A stretch of DNA of 64,000 nt from Nitrososphaerales archaeon (GTDB lineage: Archaea; Thermoproteota; Nitrososphaeria; Nitrososphaerales; UBA213): assembly GCA_965197925.1 (NCBI GenBank), contig CBDAOC010000020.1, positions 32,001 through 96,000 on the forward strand, written 5' to 3'. The stretch's first letter is position 1. Each line of letters starts with the position of its first letter. This document shows positions 52,690 through 63,376 of the stretch, piece by piece. The position numbers were made by a program, and so were the translations under genes. The notes beneath the pieces were generated by a model. That model was given only the letters and a program-made list of their open reading frames with translations, made no database searches and was not told where the DNA came from.

Positions 52690-53715
52690 TTATGCCGAAA
52701 TATAACCTCTGCCTATTATCTCACCCTTTCTTAGTAATTCTAGCGCATCATTTATTTCATCCAGCGTAAATTTTTTTGTTACTATTGATTTTAACATACC
52801 TCTTTGTGCCAATTCTACAAGCTTAACTAATTCGTTCTTATTTCCAACCAATGAACCAGAAAGTGAAAACTCTTTTAGCACAAATATCTGAGGGTTCAAT
52901 GAAATTGGTCTATTAGATACACCTACCAGAACTATTTTTCCACCGTTCCCCAGGCTACCAACAGAATTTTTAATTGAATCATCGTTTACCACAAAGTCTA
53001 ACATAACATCCACCCCCCTTCCGTTTGTGATTTTTTTTATTTCATCTCTTACATTGCTTCTAGATGTGTTTATGATATAATCAGCACCCATATTCTCTGC
53101 CATCTTTAACTTTTCTGGGTTTCTCCCTATAGTTATGACTTTTGCACCACTTAATTTGGCAATTTGCAGAGCATACATGCCAACACCACCAACCCCATAG
53201 ATTACCACAATGTCTGCAAGGTCAACCTTCCCCGTGCTATTGATAGCATGATAAGCAGTTATACCTGCACAGCCCAGGGTTGCTGCAAAATCTAATGGAA
53301 TATCTTGCAAAGGAACAACCCTTTCGCCGTTGACCTTACAATATTCGGCATAACCTCCATCTGCAGTAAAACCATAACCTGGACTCGTGAAGAGATTCTC
53401 ACAAATCATTCCGTTCCCGTTTAGACAGCAATTGCATATTCCACAAGGGCTGAGGAAATGAACCAGTGCCTTGTCTCCACGTTTAATATTCTTTATATTA
53501 TTACCTACTTCATCAACTTGACCTGCAATTTCATGGCCAAGCGTCACTGGTGGTGTAGATGCTATCACACCATCAATAACATGTATATCGCTATGGCAGA
53601 TTCCTGCCGCCTCAACTTTTAACAGAACGTCGTTGTCACCAACCTGCGGTTTTTCCACATCTTCTAGTTTCAAAAGTTCTCCAACTTTGTAGAACCTAGA
53701 TGTTCTCATGCTCAT
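52690..53715 (-). CDS. Zn-dependent alcohol dehydrogenase (MDR family)
   Basis: GICHSD, GHEIAG, CGICNCC...C and GVGGVG motifs. Confidence 0.95.
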   Translation of the reverse strand: MSMRTSRFYKVGELLKLEDVEKPQVGDNDVLLKVEAAGICHSDIHVIDGVIASTPPVTLGHEIAGQVDEVGNNIKNIKRGDKALVHFLSPCGICNCCLNGNGMICENLFTSPGYGFTADGGYAEYCKVNGERVVPLQDIPLDFAATLGCAGITAYHAINSTGKVDLADIVVIYGVGGVGMYALQIAKLSGAKVITIGRNPEKLKMAENMGADYIINTSRSNVRDEIKKITNGRGVDVMLDFVVNDDSIKNSVGSLGNGGKIVLVGVSNRPISLNPQIFVLKEFSLSGSLVGNKNELVKLVELAQRGMLKSIVTKKFTLDEINDALELLRKGEIIGRGYISA

Positions 53716-54206
53716 GTTCTTCTGTAGAGAACCTATAATGTGTTACTATTTATTGCATCCTCCCTGATTGATAGATCCTCCTTTGTAATTGGTCCGAATT
53801 TACATAAGATTTCAAGGTAGAACAACTATTAAACCCATAATTATTGTGAATATAATACTATACGCTATGCTGTAATTCTTCTCAGAATAATTGGTTGGAT
53901 GGATTTTTTCGAAAATTGCATCGGATCACATATACTTTTTGGTCTGTTAGGAATAATACAATATAATGAAAATATCCAATACTCTACCTTCCTCATAATT
54001 TTTCTAACTCTGTAGATCCAATGAAGTTTTTATGGAATATTTGGTTCTTGATTTTAAAACTACAATAGCAATATTGTAGATATCGCCCGAAACAGTCCCT
54101 ACGATAGGACAACATATGTTCTGTTAACAAATCCTCATTTTAGTTATACGTTCAAGTAGTTATTCTAACAATTAAAGACGCTATTATTAAACCACATAAC
54201 TTTAAT

Positions 54207-55161
54207 GGCTCTGTAGAAATCATACCATAACACTCGATCTGTGCTTATTGTAGACTATTCTGAACATCAGTTTTCCTATTCTACATCATCACCAGTCTTG
54301 ATGCTATATGCTCACCAAAAGTGTATTACCACAGACATTATCGTCTCATCCTGTTTCTTTGATGGTATAACCGTGTAAAGAACCTCTCATTCATTTGCTT
54401 TCTGGATCTTTCATCCGTCCGCCATACTGGAACACTTCATATCTAGCTGTTATGATACTAACAGCATCAAGTTCTTCACCTACAAATTCATGATTTGCTT
54501 CTCTATCATAGAATTTATCTTCTACAACGATAGATAATGGCGTTATGTTTGATGTTCTTTCCATAATGGGTTTGAAATCTAAGGTATCATACTTGGGAGC
54601 ACCCCTGATCTTTAATGAACATACTGTTATCTCTCTTAATTCAACACCTATCGATAGCTTGGTGTATTTTTTCCTTATTTGTGCTCTTCCTGCGTAGTAT
54701 GATGATGCATTGCTCGATCTTATTCCAGACGCATCTATTCCTACCAATAATTTCCTAATCTTGGTGAGAAGTATGAATGAAGAATTTATTCTGTACAGTA
54801 GATACCATTTGAATCTTGAAGTAAATACCTGAAGCGTTGTATAATGTGGACACCTTGTCCAACTGCATAACCATTCTTAGATAATATGCTTCATGCAGGC
54901 ATTCCACAAACCCTCAATAGCTCTTCCCTTCATACTGCCTAACTGCTAGTAAGATGATATGTTGTCTTACCTTATTGATATGGCTGCTCTTCCTGTGCAT
55001 GTACAGCGGGATTCTAGCCTATATCAAGACATCAAGTATTGTTTTTGCAAGTTTGGCGTATCGCGATTCTTTCATGCATAAGCATGTATAGCATGTAACA
55101 CATTGATCTAATGGTGCAATTCGATATACAACGGGCTAAAATCTATGGTTTCTACAAAGCC
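54207..55161 (-). mobile_element. Full-length IS5-family element (955 bp) with a decayed transposase
   Basis: TIRs GGCTCTGTAGAAA / TTTCTACAAAGCC; flanking ACTTTAAT / TCTTTAAT (probable TSD, 1 mismatch); the transposase (MKESRYAKLAK..., 'VGIDASG') is broken. Confidence 0.9.
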
Positions 55162-55373
55162 TCTTTAATTGGATGTTTACAAATTCCAAACAATATTCCC
55201 AAAAAGTGTGAAGATTCTCGTTTCCGTGAGCTCGGATTACAGTATTTGGCCAGTTGTGTCAACTAATATTCAATTTAATTATTGTGGGCAACTAATCAGA
55301 AAGAATATAGATTACCAATTTATGTTAGCTATTAGATGCAAGAGATTTATCCGGAGAAAATTATACCTAAAGT

Positions 55374-55640
55374 ATGAATGAGAAACAAGTGCGTAGTATA
55401 TTAAGCCAGGTGGGAATGTTCATACGAAAAAAGTCTGAAGAAAATCTTACAACAAAATTTCCAACGTCTGAGTGGATGAGTGCATGGGAAACAAAAAGCA
55501 GTGATGGTGTTAACATAGTTTTTGCTATCCTACTTACAGAGGACGAGAAAGATGCCGCTCTGTTAAGGAATAAAATGAATGAATTTGCAGCTGTGGCAAA
55601 AATAACATTCAAAGGTCTCTACGAGATGGAAGAGGAATAA
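55374..55640 (+). CDS. Hypothetical protein
   Basis: 88-aa ORF with no recognised motif. Confidence 0.55.
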   Translation: MNEKQVRSILSQVGMFIRKKSEENLTTKFPTSEWMSAWETKSSDGVNIVFAILLTEDEKDAALLRNKMNEFAAVAKITFKGLYEMEEE

Positions 55641-55806
55641 CATAAACTGATGTATGAGAATAGGCCGCTAGAAATTAATGCTAAGAATTCAATCAAAGGC
55701 AATGAACCTAATGGTTATTAAGAATCGATAATATTAATAGTTCTTTGTAGGCATGAAATCGACAAACCTAAAAAGACCTCTATAGTAATGAAAACGAAAT
55801 AATTTT

Positions 55807-56232
55807 ATGCTCGAAGACCCCATCAAGAAAATAAAGGTAGATCTTGAGAACCTAGCCAAACATGAGGAGAGACTAGATGTGGCATGGAAGACCTATGAGA
55901 AACTTAACGTAGATTCTTCAAAAGTAGAAGAGTACAAGTCACTAAAACTTGCTACAAAGTACTCACTCCAAGCATTCACGGAACTTCTTAGAATGCAGAT
56001 CCATATGATCGGAAGGATTTCACCAAGAATTGCTAATGATATAGAATCTGATTTGAACAAATGGCAGAAAAAGGCAATAAAAGAAGTTGAAGAACGGGGG
56101 TTAGATGAAGCGGACGAGCCTTATGCTGCTATTTCTGATTTAAGAAATAAAGTTCAACTAGTGCAAAGAGTTGTTCAGGACACAATAGAAACATTTGAGA
56201 ACAATCTTAGAGGTTATGAGCCTAATTCGTAA
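55807..56232 (+). CDS. Hypothetical helical protein
   Basis: 141-aa ORF with coiled-coil character. Confidence 0.65.
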   Translation: MLEDPIKKIKVDLENLAKHEERLDVAWKTYEKLNVDSSKVEEYKSLKLATKYSLQAFTELLRMQIHMIGRISPRIANDIESDLNKWQKKAIKEVEERGLDEADEPYAAISDLRNKVQLVQRVVQDTIETFENNLRGYEPNS

Positions 56233-56330
56233 AAATATTTTCTGTTTATATTTACAAAAGAAGCATATTGGCAAAAGGCGAATACATTGTAAACTTATTG
56301 TTTAAGACCACATATTCTTATTTCTAAGAT

Positions 56331-56468
56331 ATGCCAATATGTATGCATTGTAAAAAGAATTTCAAGGATTTAGACAAACTAGTTTGCCACTTCTTTGGAG
56401 ATCATGATCTTAATATAAAGCAAGCCAGAAGTGCTATCAGAAAAACTGCACAAACAATCGAAGTCTAA
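56331..56468 (+). CDS. Small C2H2 zinc-finger protein; not in the ORF track
   Basis: MPICMHCKKNFKDLDKLVCHFFGDHDL... (45 aa). Confidence 0.6.
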   Translation: MPICMHCKKNFKDLDKLVCHFFGDHDLNIKQARSAIRKTAQTIEV

Positions 56469-56545
56469 CCCTAATCCTTACAAAATGAATCAAGCCTATT
56501 TTTGATTTTTATAACATATTCTGCCATTCTAATTTGTTATCCAGC

Positions 56546-57358
56546 TTATTTGTTATCCAGAATACCTAATTTCACTATCTCAATTCCATCCTTTTCCAGT
56601 GCGTCAGAAAGCAGATTCAGACCAATCGAATCACCCGCAAGATGGCCAAGTATAACAAGATTACCATTTACCTTATCCTCCTTCAATCTTGTCAAGTCTT
56701 CACCATTTATGTGCAAATAAATGACCGTTGATATACCATAATCAAAATATGCTTTGGCAACATGATAACCCCCATTGGTCCCGGCTGCTATAACCAATGC
56801 ATATTTACCAGTTTTGCTGGATGAATCTCCACATGGAATTTGTATTTCCGTTTCAGAATTTCTAAACTCATTTATTTTTTCAATAGCATCTTTCAAGTCT
56901 GAAACTACATTTATTTTGCTTGTCCCCAAGTGGGCAAGAATTGTCTGCCTCATCAGTTCGTCACAGGGTAAGTGTATGTTTAACAATGGCATCTCAAGCT
57001 TTTCGGCTGCCGCCACTGTGTGTGTATATATTGTTGCGTGGGACCGAAGAGCAATTCGTTCTTTCAATTTTCTTACAGCCTGTTCCGCAATATGCAAAGG
57101 TATACCATACTCGAGCATATACTCCACATGTCTATCAAAAACCAAGTGGAAGTTCAGTAATGATTTTCCTAGTGGGTGGTGTGTAATTACAGCGTCACAT
57201 CCCAAATTTTTTGCAAGTATCAGCTCTGACGGACTTGCATCTACACATAACAATATCTTGTTAATCTTCCTACCAGGAACATGAATTGCACTATCAGCTG
57301 GGATAGTTTTCATTTTGGCAAGTCTCAATGCCAAATCCATGATCTCCTGGGTTTCCAT
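56546..57358 (-). CDS. Nif3-like dinuclear metal-centre protein
   Basis: 'ILLCVD', 'DAVITHHP', 'NIHLPCD' and 'GHLAGDSIG' motifs. Confidence 0.85.
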   Translation of the reverse strand: METQEIMDLALRLAKMKTIPADSAIHVPGRKINKILLCVDASPSELILAKNLGCDAVITHHPLGKSLLNFHLVFDRHVEYMLEYGIPLHIAEQAVRKLKERIALRSHATIYTHTVAAAEKLEMPLLNIHLPCDELMRQTILAHLGTSKINVVSDLKDAIEKINEFRNSETEIQIPCGDSSSKTGKYALVIAAGTNGGYHVAKAYFDYGISTVIYLHINGEDLTRLKEDKVNGNLVILGHLAGDSIGLNLLSDALEKDGIEIVKLGILDNK

Positions 57359-57467
57359 ACAGTTAGTAGATACTTTCGGGTTTTAAAAATTATATATCCT
57401 TCAAAGAACGAATATGCGTTCTATACTTCCCCTACACTAGGGAAGTGATTATTTTTTACAATATTCC

Positions 57468-57698
57468 TGCCGTGTCGAATAATTAACCAGAAGATCGTGG
57501 ATGTTTGACGGAATGAGATTTTGATCAGTTATTATCATTGAGACTCAAGCCTATCTTTAGTGAACGTGTAAAGGCAGTAATATGGAAGAATATGGTAAAG
57601 AAACTAATGCTAAAAGCATCCATATACAACCAGTTCATTTCAATGAATCCCAAACGGTTTGGATAACTCCTATAATATGGTAATTATTCGACACAGCA
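57468..57698 (+). mobile_element. Internally deleted IS5-like element (231 bp)
   Basis: TIRs TGCCGTGTCGAATAATT / AATTATTCGACACAGCA; retains the transposase tail 'ERVKAVIWKNMVKKLMLKASIYN'. Confidence 0.75.
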
Positions 57699-57927
57699 GA
57701 TATTACAATCATCTGATATATCATAATATAAAAACCGCCATAGAATATTTGATACGCATAAGCAACAATTGTCAAGGTTATCATATTGATAATGCTGGAT
57801 ATGTGTATCAGGTGTTTGGAGTGGCATTGATTATACTAGAACTAATAAGGAAATTTTAATGTAGAATTTCCTAATTTACTCTATCCACAATTGATTTTAT
57901 ATTTTTGGGGATTAATAATCTGGTATA

Positions 57928-58296
57928 TCAGTTCTGCATATCCATTCCCTGAAGGTATTTTGTTACACTAACACCTTCATTTGTATTAATAATTATCTTA
58001 GAAGCCTCCATTGATTTTGGGGTTATTAGGATTGACTCTCCGGCTTTAATTCTCTGTATACTAAGAATATCTTCGGGCCCCATGTCAATTATAACACCCG
58101 TAAGATCTTTACCACTATAATTTGTCAACTTAATACGTGTAAATTCAATCGCACCACTGGTTTCTGGTGTTTTGCCTTGAATAACATTCACATCCAGAGC
58201 TGGTTTTGGGGAAAAACCAAGTGTTAGAAAGGATGCCAAGATAACAACTCCTACACCTATGAATATCGCCATTAACTTTGCAGGTGTGGTCTTCAT
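57928..58296 (-). CDS. Hypothetical membrane-anchored protein
   Basis: N-terminal TM segment followed by a beta-rich domain. Confidence 0.7.
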   Translation of the reverse strand: MKTTPAKLMAIFIGVGVVILASFLTLGFSPKPALDVNVIQGKTPETSGAIEFTRIKLTNYSGKDLTGVIIDMGPEDILSIQRIKAGESILITPKSMEASKIIINTNEGVSVTKYLQGMDMQN

Positions 58297-58398
58297 GACT
58301 TTTAATCTTTGTAAGCCCCATAAATAACTAAGTAAAGGTCAACATTTTATTCACTCTATTAATTGCGATAATTGTCTGGTCTCAATGTTTTAAATGCA

Positions 58399-58956
58399 TT
58401 ACTCATTAATATTTTCTCTCCTTTTCTTCAAGATTATCAAAACTCTTCCTGCAGCAAGGCCAAAGACAAAACCACCTATATGTGCGAAGTAAGCTATCGA
58501 AGATCCTCCGTAAATAGCAAACGGTATCTGTGCGATCAGCCAAAATATTGCTAACCTATCGCCATGCGCAGCCGCTATACCAATGACCCCAGAAATAGCT
58601 CCTGAAGCACCCACAACCGGTACATCAATACCGTTGAGACTTATCAGGGTGTAAGCTGAATGTAGAGCCGTACCAGCAAAACCTGAGGCGAAATATACTA
58701 TTGTAAACACCTTCGACCCTATATGGGGTTCCAATATACGCCCTAGTGATATAAGTGCAATCATATTAAATGCTATATGTGTCGTATTAGCATGCAAAAA
58801 CATAGATGAAAGTGAGGCAGTGAGAAACGAATAGGGATTAGTAAGTAATTCAATGGGTATTAAAGCAAACTCATATATCGCATTTCCATAAAAATATGTT
58901 GTAACGAATATCAAAACGTTGACCAATGAGAGTGCAATAGTTACTGGTGCCCACAT
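58399..58956 (-). CDS. Rhomboid-family intramembrane serine protease
   Basis: 'SMFLHA...HIAFNM', GASG and 'AHIGG' motifs. Confidence 0.93.
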   Translation of the reverse strand: MWAPVTIALSLVNVLIFVTTYFYGNAIYEFALIPIELLTNPYSFLTASLSSMFLHANTTHIAFNMIALISLGRILEPHIGSKVFTIVYFASGFAGTALHSAYTLISLNGIDVPVVGASGAISGVIGIAAAHGDRLAIFWLIAQIPFAIYGGSSIAYFAHIGGFVFGLAAGRVLIILKKRRENINE

Positions 58957-59008
58957 TGTTTAACTAGAATTATTTACCTATATTATAGAGTATTTGAAAG
59001 TTTTGTAA

Positions 59009-60511
59009 TCAAAGAGTCATGAATTGGTCAAGGGTAGTCTTCTTTGTTTGCATCATTCTATTCATTTTACTCACCAACTCCTTTGATTCCCTCATCTTTC
59101 TCTTACTTATCCAATAGTAAGCTTCGTCAAGAGTATCTTTAGTTATCAACACCACCACTCTTCCAGAAGCTTTCCTACCAGTCCTTCCTTTCCGCTGAAC
59201 AAATCTTATGGCGCTTGGAACATTATCATAAAAGACTACCAGATTGCATTCTGATATATCAAGACCTTCTTCACCTACCTGAGTTGCTACAAGTATTTTA
59301 TATCTACCATCTCTGAATTTGTTGACGGTCTCAATCTGTTCCCTCTGTTTCAATCCATATTTACCAGCTTTACCAATTAGGTAACCGGTACTGAATCCAG
59401 CATCTCTTAATTTGTTACATATTGTTTCAACAGAATCCCTATAACTGGCAAAAACAAGAATCTTACTTTCCTCGCCTTGTAGTATCTCTTTCAACTTTCC
59501 AACCTTGGGATGTTCAACACCTGCTGTCACTGCTTCGATAGCCAATTGGTAGGCAGTCTTAAAGTTTGCATCATGAATTAGTTCTTTGATAGCAACACCA
59601 CCCTTTCCTTCAAGCCTTTCGTAAAACCTCAAAAAGGGGGTTAATCCCTGCGTATCCAGAATATTAAGAGCGTGACTAATTCTGATGGCTGTGTATAATG
59701 TCTTAACTGCACCTTTATTGATGCGAGTAATATTATGTAACGCCCTAATTAGCTCACTTCTTGACGCCTTTGTGTTTTTTATAACACATTTTTGAACGAG
59801 TTCGCGGATTCTTGGCTCCAGTGCTGCTACTATACTTGATCTGATTTGTTTAAGAACTGCTGACAATTCAACATGGATCCATTCAACTCTGGTTTGCTGT
59901 ATATATTGTCTTACGTCCTGACTAGTCTCGTCCTTAAATGATACTTTTTTTATGCCAAGATTATTCACAATCTCACTTGCTTTTGCCTTATCACTGGGTA
60001 TTGTAGCAGTCATACCAACTATGTGGGGTTTGTATATATTGAACATATTTGCTATGCCACAATATGCATACTTTCCTATTGCTCGATGGGCCTCATCAAA
60101 TATTATGAGTGCAATGTCTTGGAGTTTGATAATTCCACGTTTCAGATCCTTTAGAGCTGTTTGGGGAGTGGCACATACAATTCTATTATCCCATACCCTT
60201 TCCCGTTTGGTCTGGTCGCTCTCACCGGTGACCATGGATATATCAACATTATCCAGGAATTTTTGCAGTGATGTGAAATGCTGATGAATCAAAACTCTCG
60301 TGGGTGCAAGAAATAAACATTTGCCATCGGTTTTGGTTAGTTTTTCTGCCATTATGAGCAAGGCAATTGTAGTTTTACCAAGACCAGTGGGAAGAACGAT
60401 CAGTGTATGGGTTTCTAACGCAGTTTTTACCATCGAAATTTGGTAACCACGTTTTTCTACACTAGCAGGTTTGATCAACTTTTGAACGACCCAGATATTT
60501 TCAGAATTCAA
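59009..60511 (-). CDS. Hef/FANCM(Mph1)-like DEAH helicase without a fused nuclease
   Basis: LPTGLGKT, DEAH, 'EEGLDI' and 'QRKGRTGR' motifs; C-terminal 'TTLDQF' PIP-like motif. Confidence 0.9.
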   Translation of the reverse strand: MNSENIWVVQKLIKPASVEKRGYQISMVKTALETHTLIVLPTGLGKTTIALLIMAEKLTKTDGKCLFLAPTRVLIHQHFTSLQKFLDNVDISMVTGESDQTKRERVWDNRIVCATPQTALKDLKRGIIKLQDIALIIFDEAHRAIGKYAYCGIANMFNIYKPHIVGMTATIPSDKAKASEIVNNLGIKKVSFKDETSQDVRQYIQQTRVEWIHVELSAVLKQIRSSIVAALEPRIRELVQKCVIKNTKASRSELIRALHNITRINKGAVKTLYTAIRISHALNILDTQGLTPFLRFYERLEGKGGVAIKELIHDANFKTAYQLAIEAVTAGVEHPKVGKLKEILQGEESKILVFASYRDSVETICNKLRDAGFSTGYLIGKAGKYGLKQREQIETVNKFRDGRYKILVATQVGEEGLDISECNLVVFYDNVPSAIRFVQRKGRTGRKASGRVVVLITKDTLDEAYYWISKRKMRESKELVSKMNRMMQTKKTTLDQFMTL

Positions 60512-60627
60512 TTTTACAATATACCTTAGAAAATACAGTGTAAAAAGCTTGCAGCGCGTTCTTATTAAGCAAGTTATTGCGATCCATTAATTAGTATGAG
60601 AGCCTAAAGATTATCCGAGGGGTTAAT

Positions 60628-63207
60628 ATGCAAATGACTAGTAAGTTTAATCTGAAACAACGAATAAGAGACCTATCCCAAGATACACAAGATCTTGATC
60701 CGTCATTATTAGTATCTGCGACATATGATGGTGAAAATAAGCGAACTATATTGAAGTTTTACAATTCTGCAAGCCAGAGAATATATCTTTGGTATGATAA
60801 TACACAGCACAAGCCCTACTGCTACACAAAAATGCAAATAGATGAATTGGAAAGCATTAGGAAAAGGCCGGATATACGTGCCATCGAAACGGAGCAAAAA
60901 TATGATCTGCTTAATGATAGACAAATTAACCTTACAAAAATAATTGCAGAAGATCCATTGGCAATTGGAGGGACATCAACGGACAAGAGTATAAGGAATG
61001 TAGTAGAAGCTTGGGAGGCTGATATCAAATACTATGAGAATTATCTTTATGATAGGAAATTGATTGTAGGTACATATTATGCCATTAGAAATGGCACACT
61101 TGTACAACACACTTACAAGGTATCGGAACAGGTAGAGCTGGCACTGAAGAGTTTGGTGTGGGACAAGATAACTGAAAATGTTGGTAAGGATATGGGTGAT
61201 GAAACACACAAATATATCACCGAGTGGGCTGGATTGCTCAACCAACCAATACCTGAGATCAAAAGGATTGCATTAGATATAGAAGTTATGTCCGAAGAGG
61301 GTCGAATTCCAGATACCAAGAGTGTTGAGAACGAGGTTATCGCGGTTTCATTTGTCGGCAACGACAAATTAAATGAAGTCCTTATTCTAACAAATCCAAA
61401 ATCACAATTTGGAGAAAATAAACTTGATCCCAACATCACTGTTGAATTTTATGATGATGAAAAGGAATTACTGCGGAATACTTTCAACAGGATTCTGGAC
61501 TATCCTTTCATTATTACATTCAACGGTGATGATTTTGATATGCCCTACCTCTACAACAGGGCACTAAGACTAGGATTATCAAAGGATGAAATTCCCTTGG
61601 TATTACAAAGAAATGCAGTTACGCTCAAACATGGAGTGCACATAGATCTGTACCGAACATTTTCAAATCGTTCAATACAGGGTTATGCATTCAATCACAA
61701 GTATTCGGAACATACTCTAAATGCTGTTAGTAAAGGTTTGATTAATGAATCAAAATTAGTTTTTGATGGGGAGATAAATGACCTTGTTCTTTACGAACTT
61801 GCAAGTTACTGTCATAACGACTCACGATTGACTCTTAAACTCACTAGTTTCAGCAATGAACTACTCATAAAATTACTTGTGGTTGTCTCACGAGTTGGAA
61901 GGATGCCAATAGATGATATTTCTAGACTGGGAGTCTCGCAATGGATAAGGAGCATGCTTTACTTTGAGCATAGGAAAGAGAATGTACTGATACCACGGAG
62001 AGAGGAATTGGAGATGAAGAGTCAAACATCCACTTCAGCGATAATCAAGGATAAGAAGTACAGAGGGGGGTTAGTAGTAGAACCAAAAACTGGTGTACAT
62101 TTCAATGTTGTTGTGCTTGACTTCGCAAGTCTGTACCCAAGTATTATCAAAGTGTATAATCTATCTTATGAAACAGTTAGGTGTGTACATGATGAGTGCA
62201 AGTCAAACATCATTCCGGAGACAGATCATTGGGTTTGCAAAAAGAGAAATGGTATGGAATCGCTATTAATAGGTTCATTAAGGGACTTGAGGGTCAATTA
62301 TTACAAACGTTTATCCAAAGAGGAGTCATTGTCGAGTCACGAAAAAGATCTCTATAGTGTGATAAGCCAAGCACTTAAAGTCATTTTGAATGCCAGTTAT
62401 GGGGTAATGGGGGCGGAAATATTTCCGCTATATTGCCTGCCAGTTGCAGAGGCAACAGCTTCCATAGGCAGGTATACTATCACGCGAACAATTGAGAAGT
62501 GTAAGGAATTGGAGATAGAGGTTGTATATGGCGATACGGACTCATTATTTCTTAAAAGCCCATCAAAGTCACAGATAGATTCTATTGAAACTTGGGTAAA
62601 GCAGGAACTCAGTGTAGATTTAGATATTGATAAACAGTATCGTTATGTTGCTTTTAGTGAGAGGAAGAAAAACTATCTAGGTGTACAAGAGGATGGTAGT
62701 GTAGATGTAAAAGGTTTGACAGGGAAGAAGAGCCATACACCTCCATTCATAAGAAATGCTTTTTATGCTGTTGTAGATAAGCTTAGCAAGGTCTGTTCTG
62801 AAGCTGATTTCGAAGTTGCTAGAGATGAGATCAAGAAGATCATAAAGGATAATGCTACGAAACTCAGAGCAAAAGAAATTCCTCTAAACGAACTCGCTTT
62901 CAATGTAATGGCAGGTAAATCACCAAGTGAATATAAAAAGACAATACCTCAGCACATCAGGGCCGCTGAAATTCTTGAAAGAACCGGCAAAAGAGAGATT
63001 AAAGCAGGAGATATTATATCCTTCATAAAGATAGCTGTTCCTCCTGGAGTGAAGCCGGTAGAACTTGCGAAATCTGATGAAATAGATACACAAAAATATT
63101 TAGAATATATGGAAAGTACGTTTGATCAGATATTGTCCGCATTAGGTTACGATTTTGATGTTATTCTTGGAGCATCAAAACTTGAGGATTTTTTCTTTAC
63201 AAATTAA
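60628..63207 (+). CDS. polB: Family B DNA polymerase (PolB1-type)
   Basis: DIE, FNGDDFD, DFASLYPS, 'KVILNASYG' and YGDTDS motifs. Confidence 0.97.
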   Translation: MQMTSKFNLKQRIRDLSQDTQDLDPSLLVSATYDGENKRTILKFYNSASQRIYLWYDNTQHKPYCYTKMQIDELESIRKRPDIRAIETEQKYDLLNDRQINLTKIIAEDPLAIGGTSTDKSIRNVVEAWEADIKYYENYLYDRKLIVGTYYAIRNGTLVQHTYKVSEQVELALKSLVWDKITENVGKDMGDETHKYITEWAGLLNQPIPEIKRIALDIEVMSEEGRIPDTKSVENEVIAVSFVGNDKLNEVLILTNPKSQFGENKLDPNITVEFYDDEKELLRNTFNRILDYPFIITFNGDDFDMPYLYNRALRLGLSKDEIPLVLQRNAVTLKHGVHIDLYRTFSNRSIQGYAFNHKYSEHTLNAVSKGLINESKLVFDGEINDLVLYELASYCHNDSRLTLKLTSFSNELLIKLLVVVSRVGRMPIDDISRLGVSQWIRSMLYFEHRKENVLIPRREELEMKSQTSTSAIIKDKKYRGGLVVEPKTGVHFNVVVLDFASLYPSIIKVYNLSYETVRCVHDECKSNIIPETDHWVCKKRNGMESLLIGSLRDLRVNYYKRLSKEESLSSHEKDLYSVISQALKVILNASYGVMGAEIFPLYCLPVAEATASIGRYTITRTIEKCKELEIEVVYGDTDSLFLKSPSKSQIDSIETWVKQELSVDLDIDKQYRYVAFSERKKNYLGVQEDGSVDVKGLTGKKSHTPPFIRNAFYAVVDKLSKVCSEADFEVARDEIKKIIKDNATKLRAKEIPLNELAFNVMAGKSPSEYKKTIPQHIRAAEILERTGKREIKAGDIISFIKIAVPPGVKPVELAKSDEIDTQKYLEYMESTFDQILSALGYDFDVILGASKLEDFFFTN

Positions 63208-63376
63208 TAAATTACTGATTTAAAAAATCTTATAAGTAATGGTTCTTGATGATAATAGGACGTAGATGCAGGTATATGAAAAAATCCCAATTAAAATGAT
63301 GATAGGTCACTTTAATTATAGAGACTTTTATCCGAGTGAAGTTTATTGTTTGTTTAATAGTGGGAGATGAATCAGG

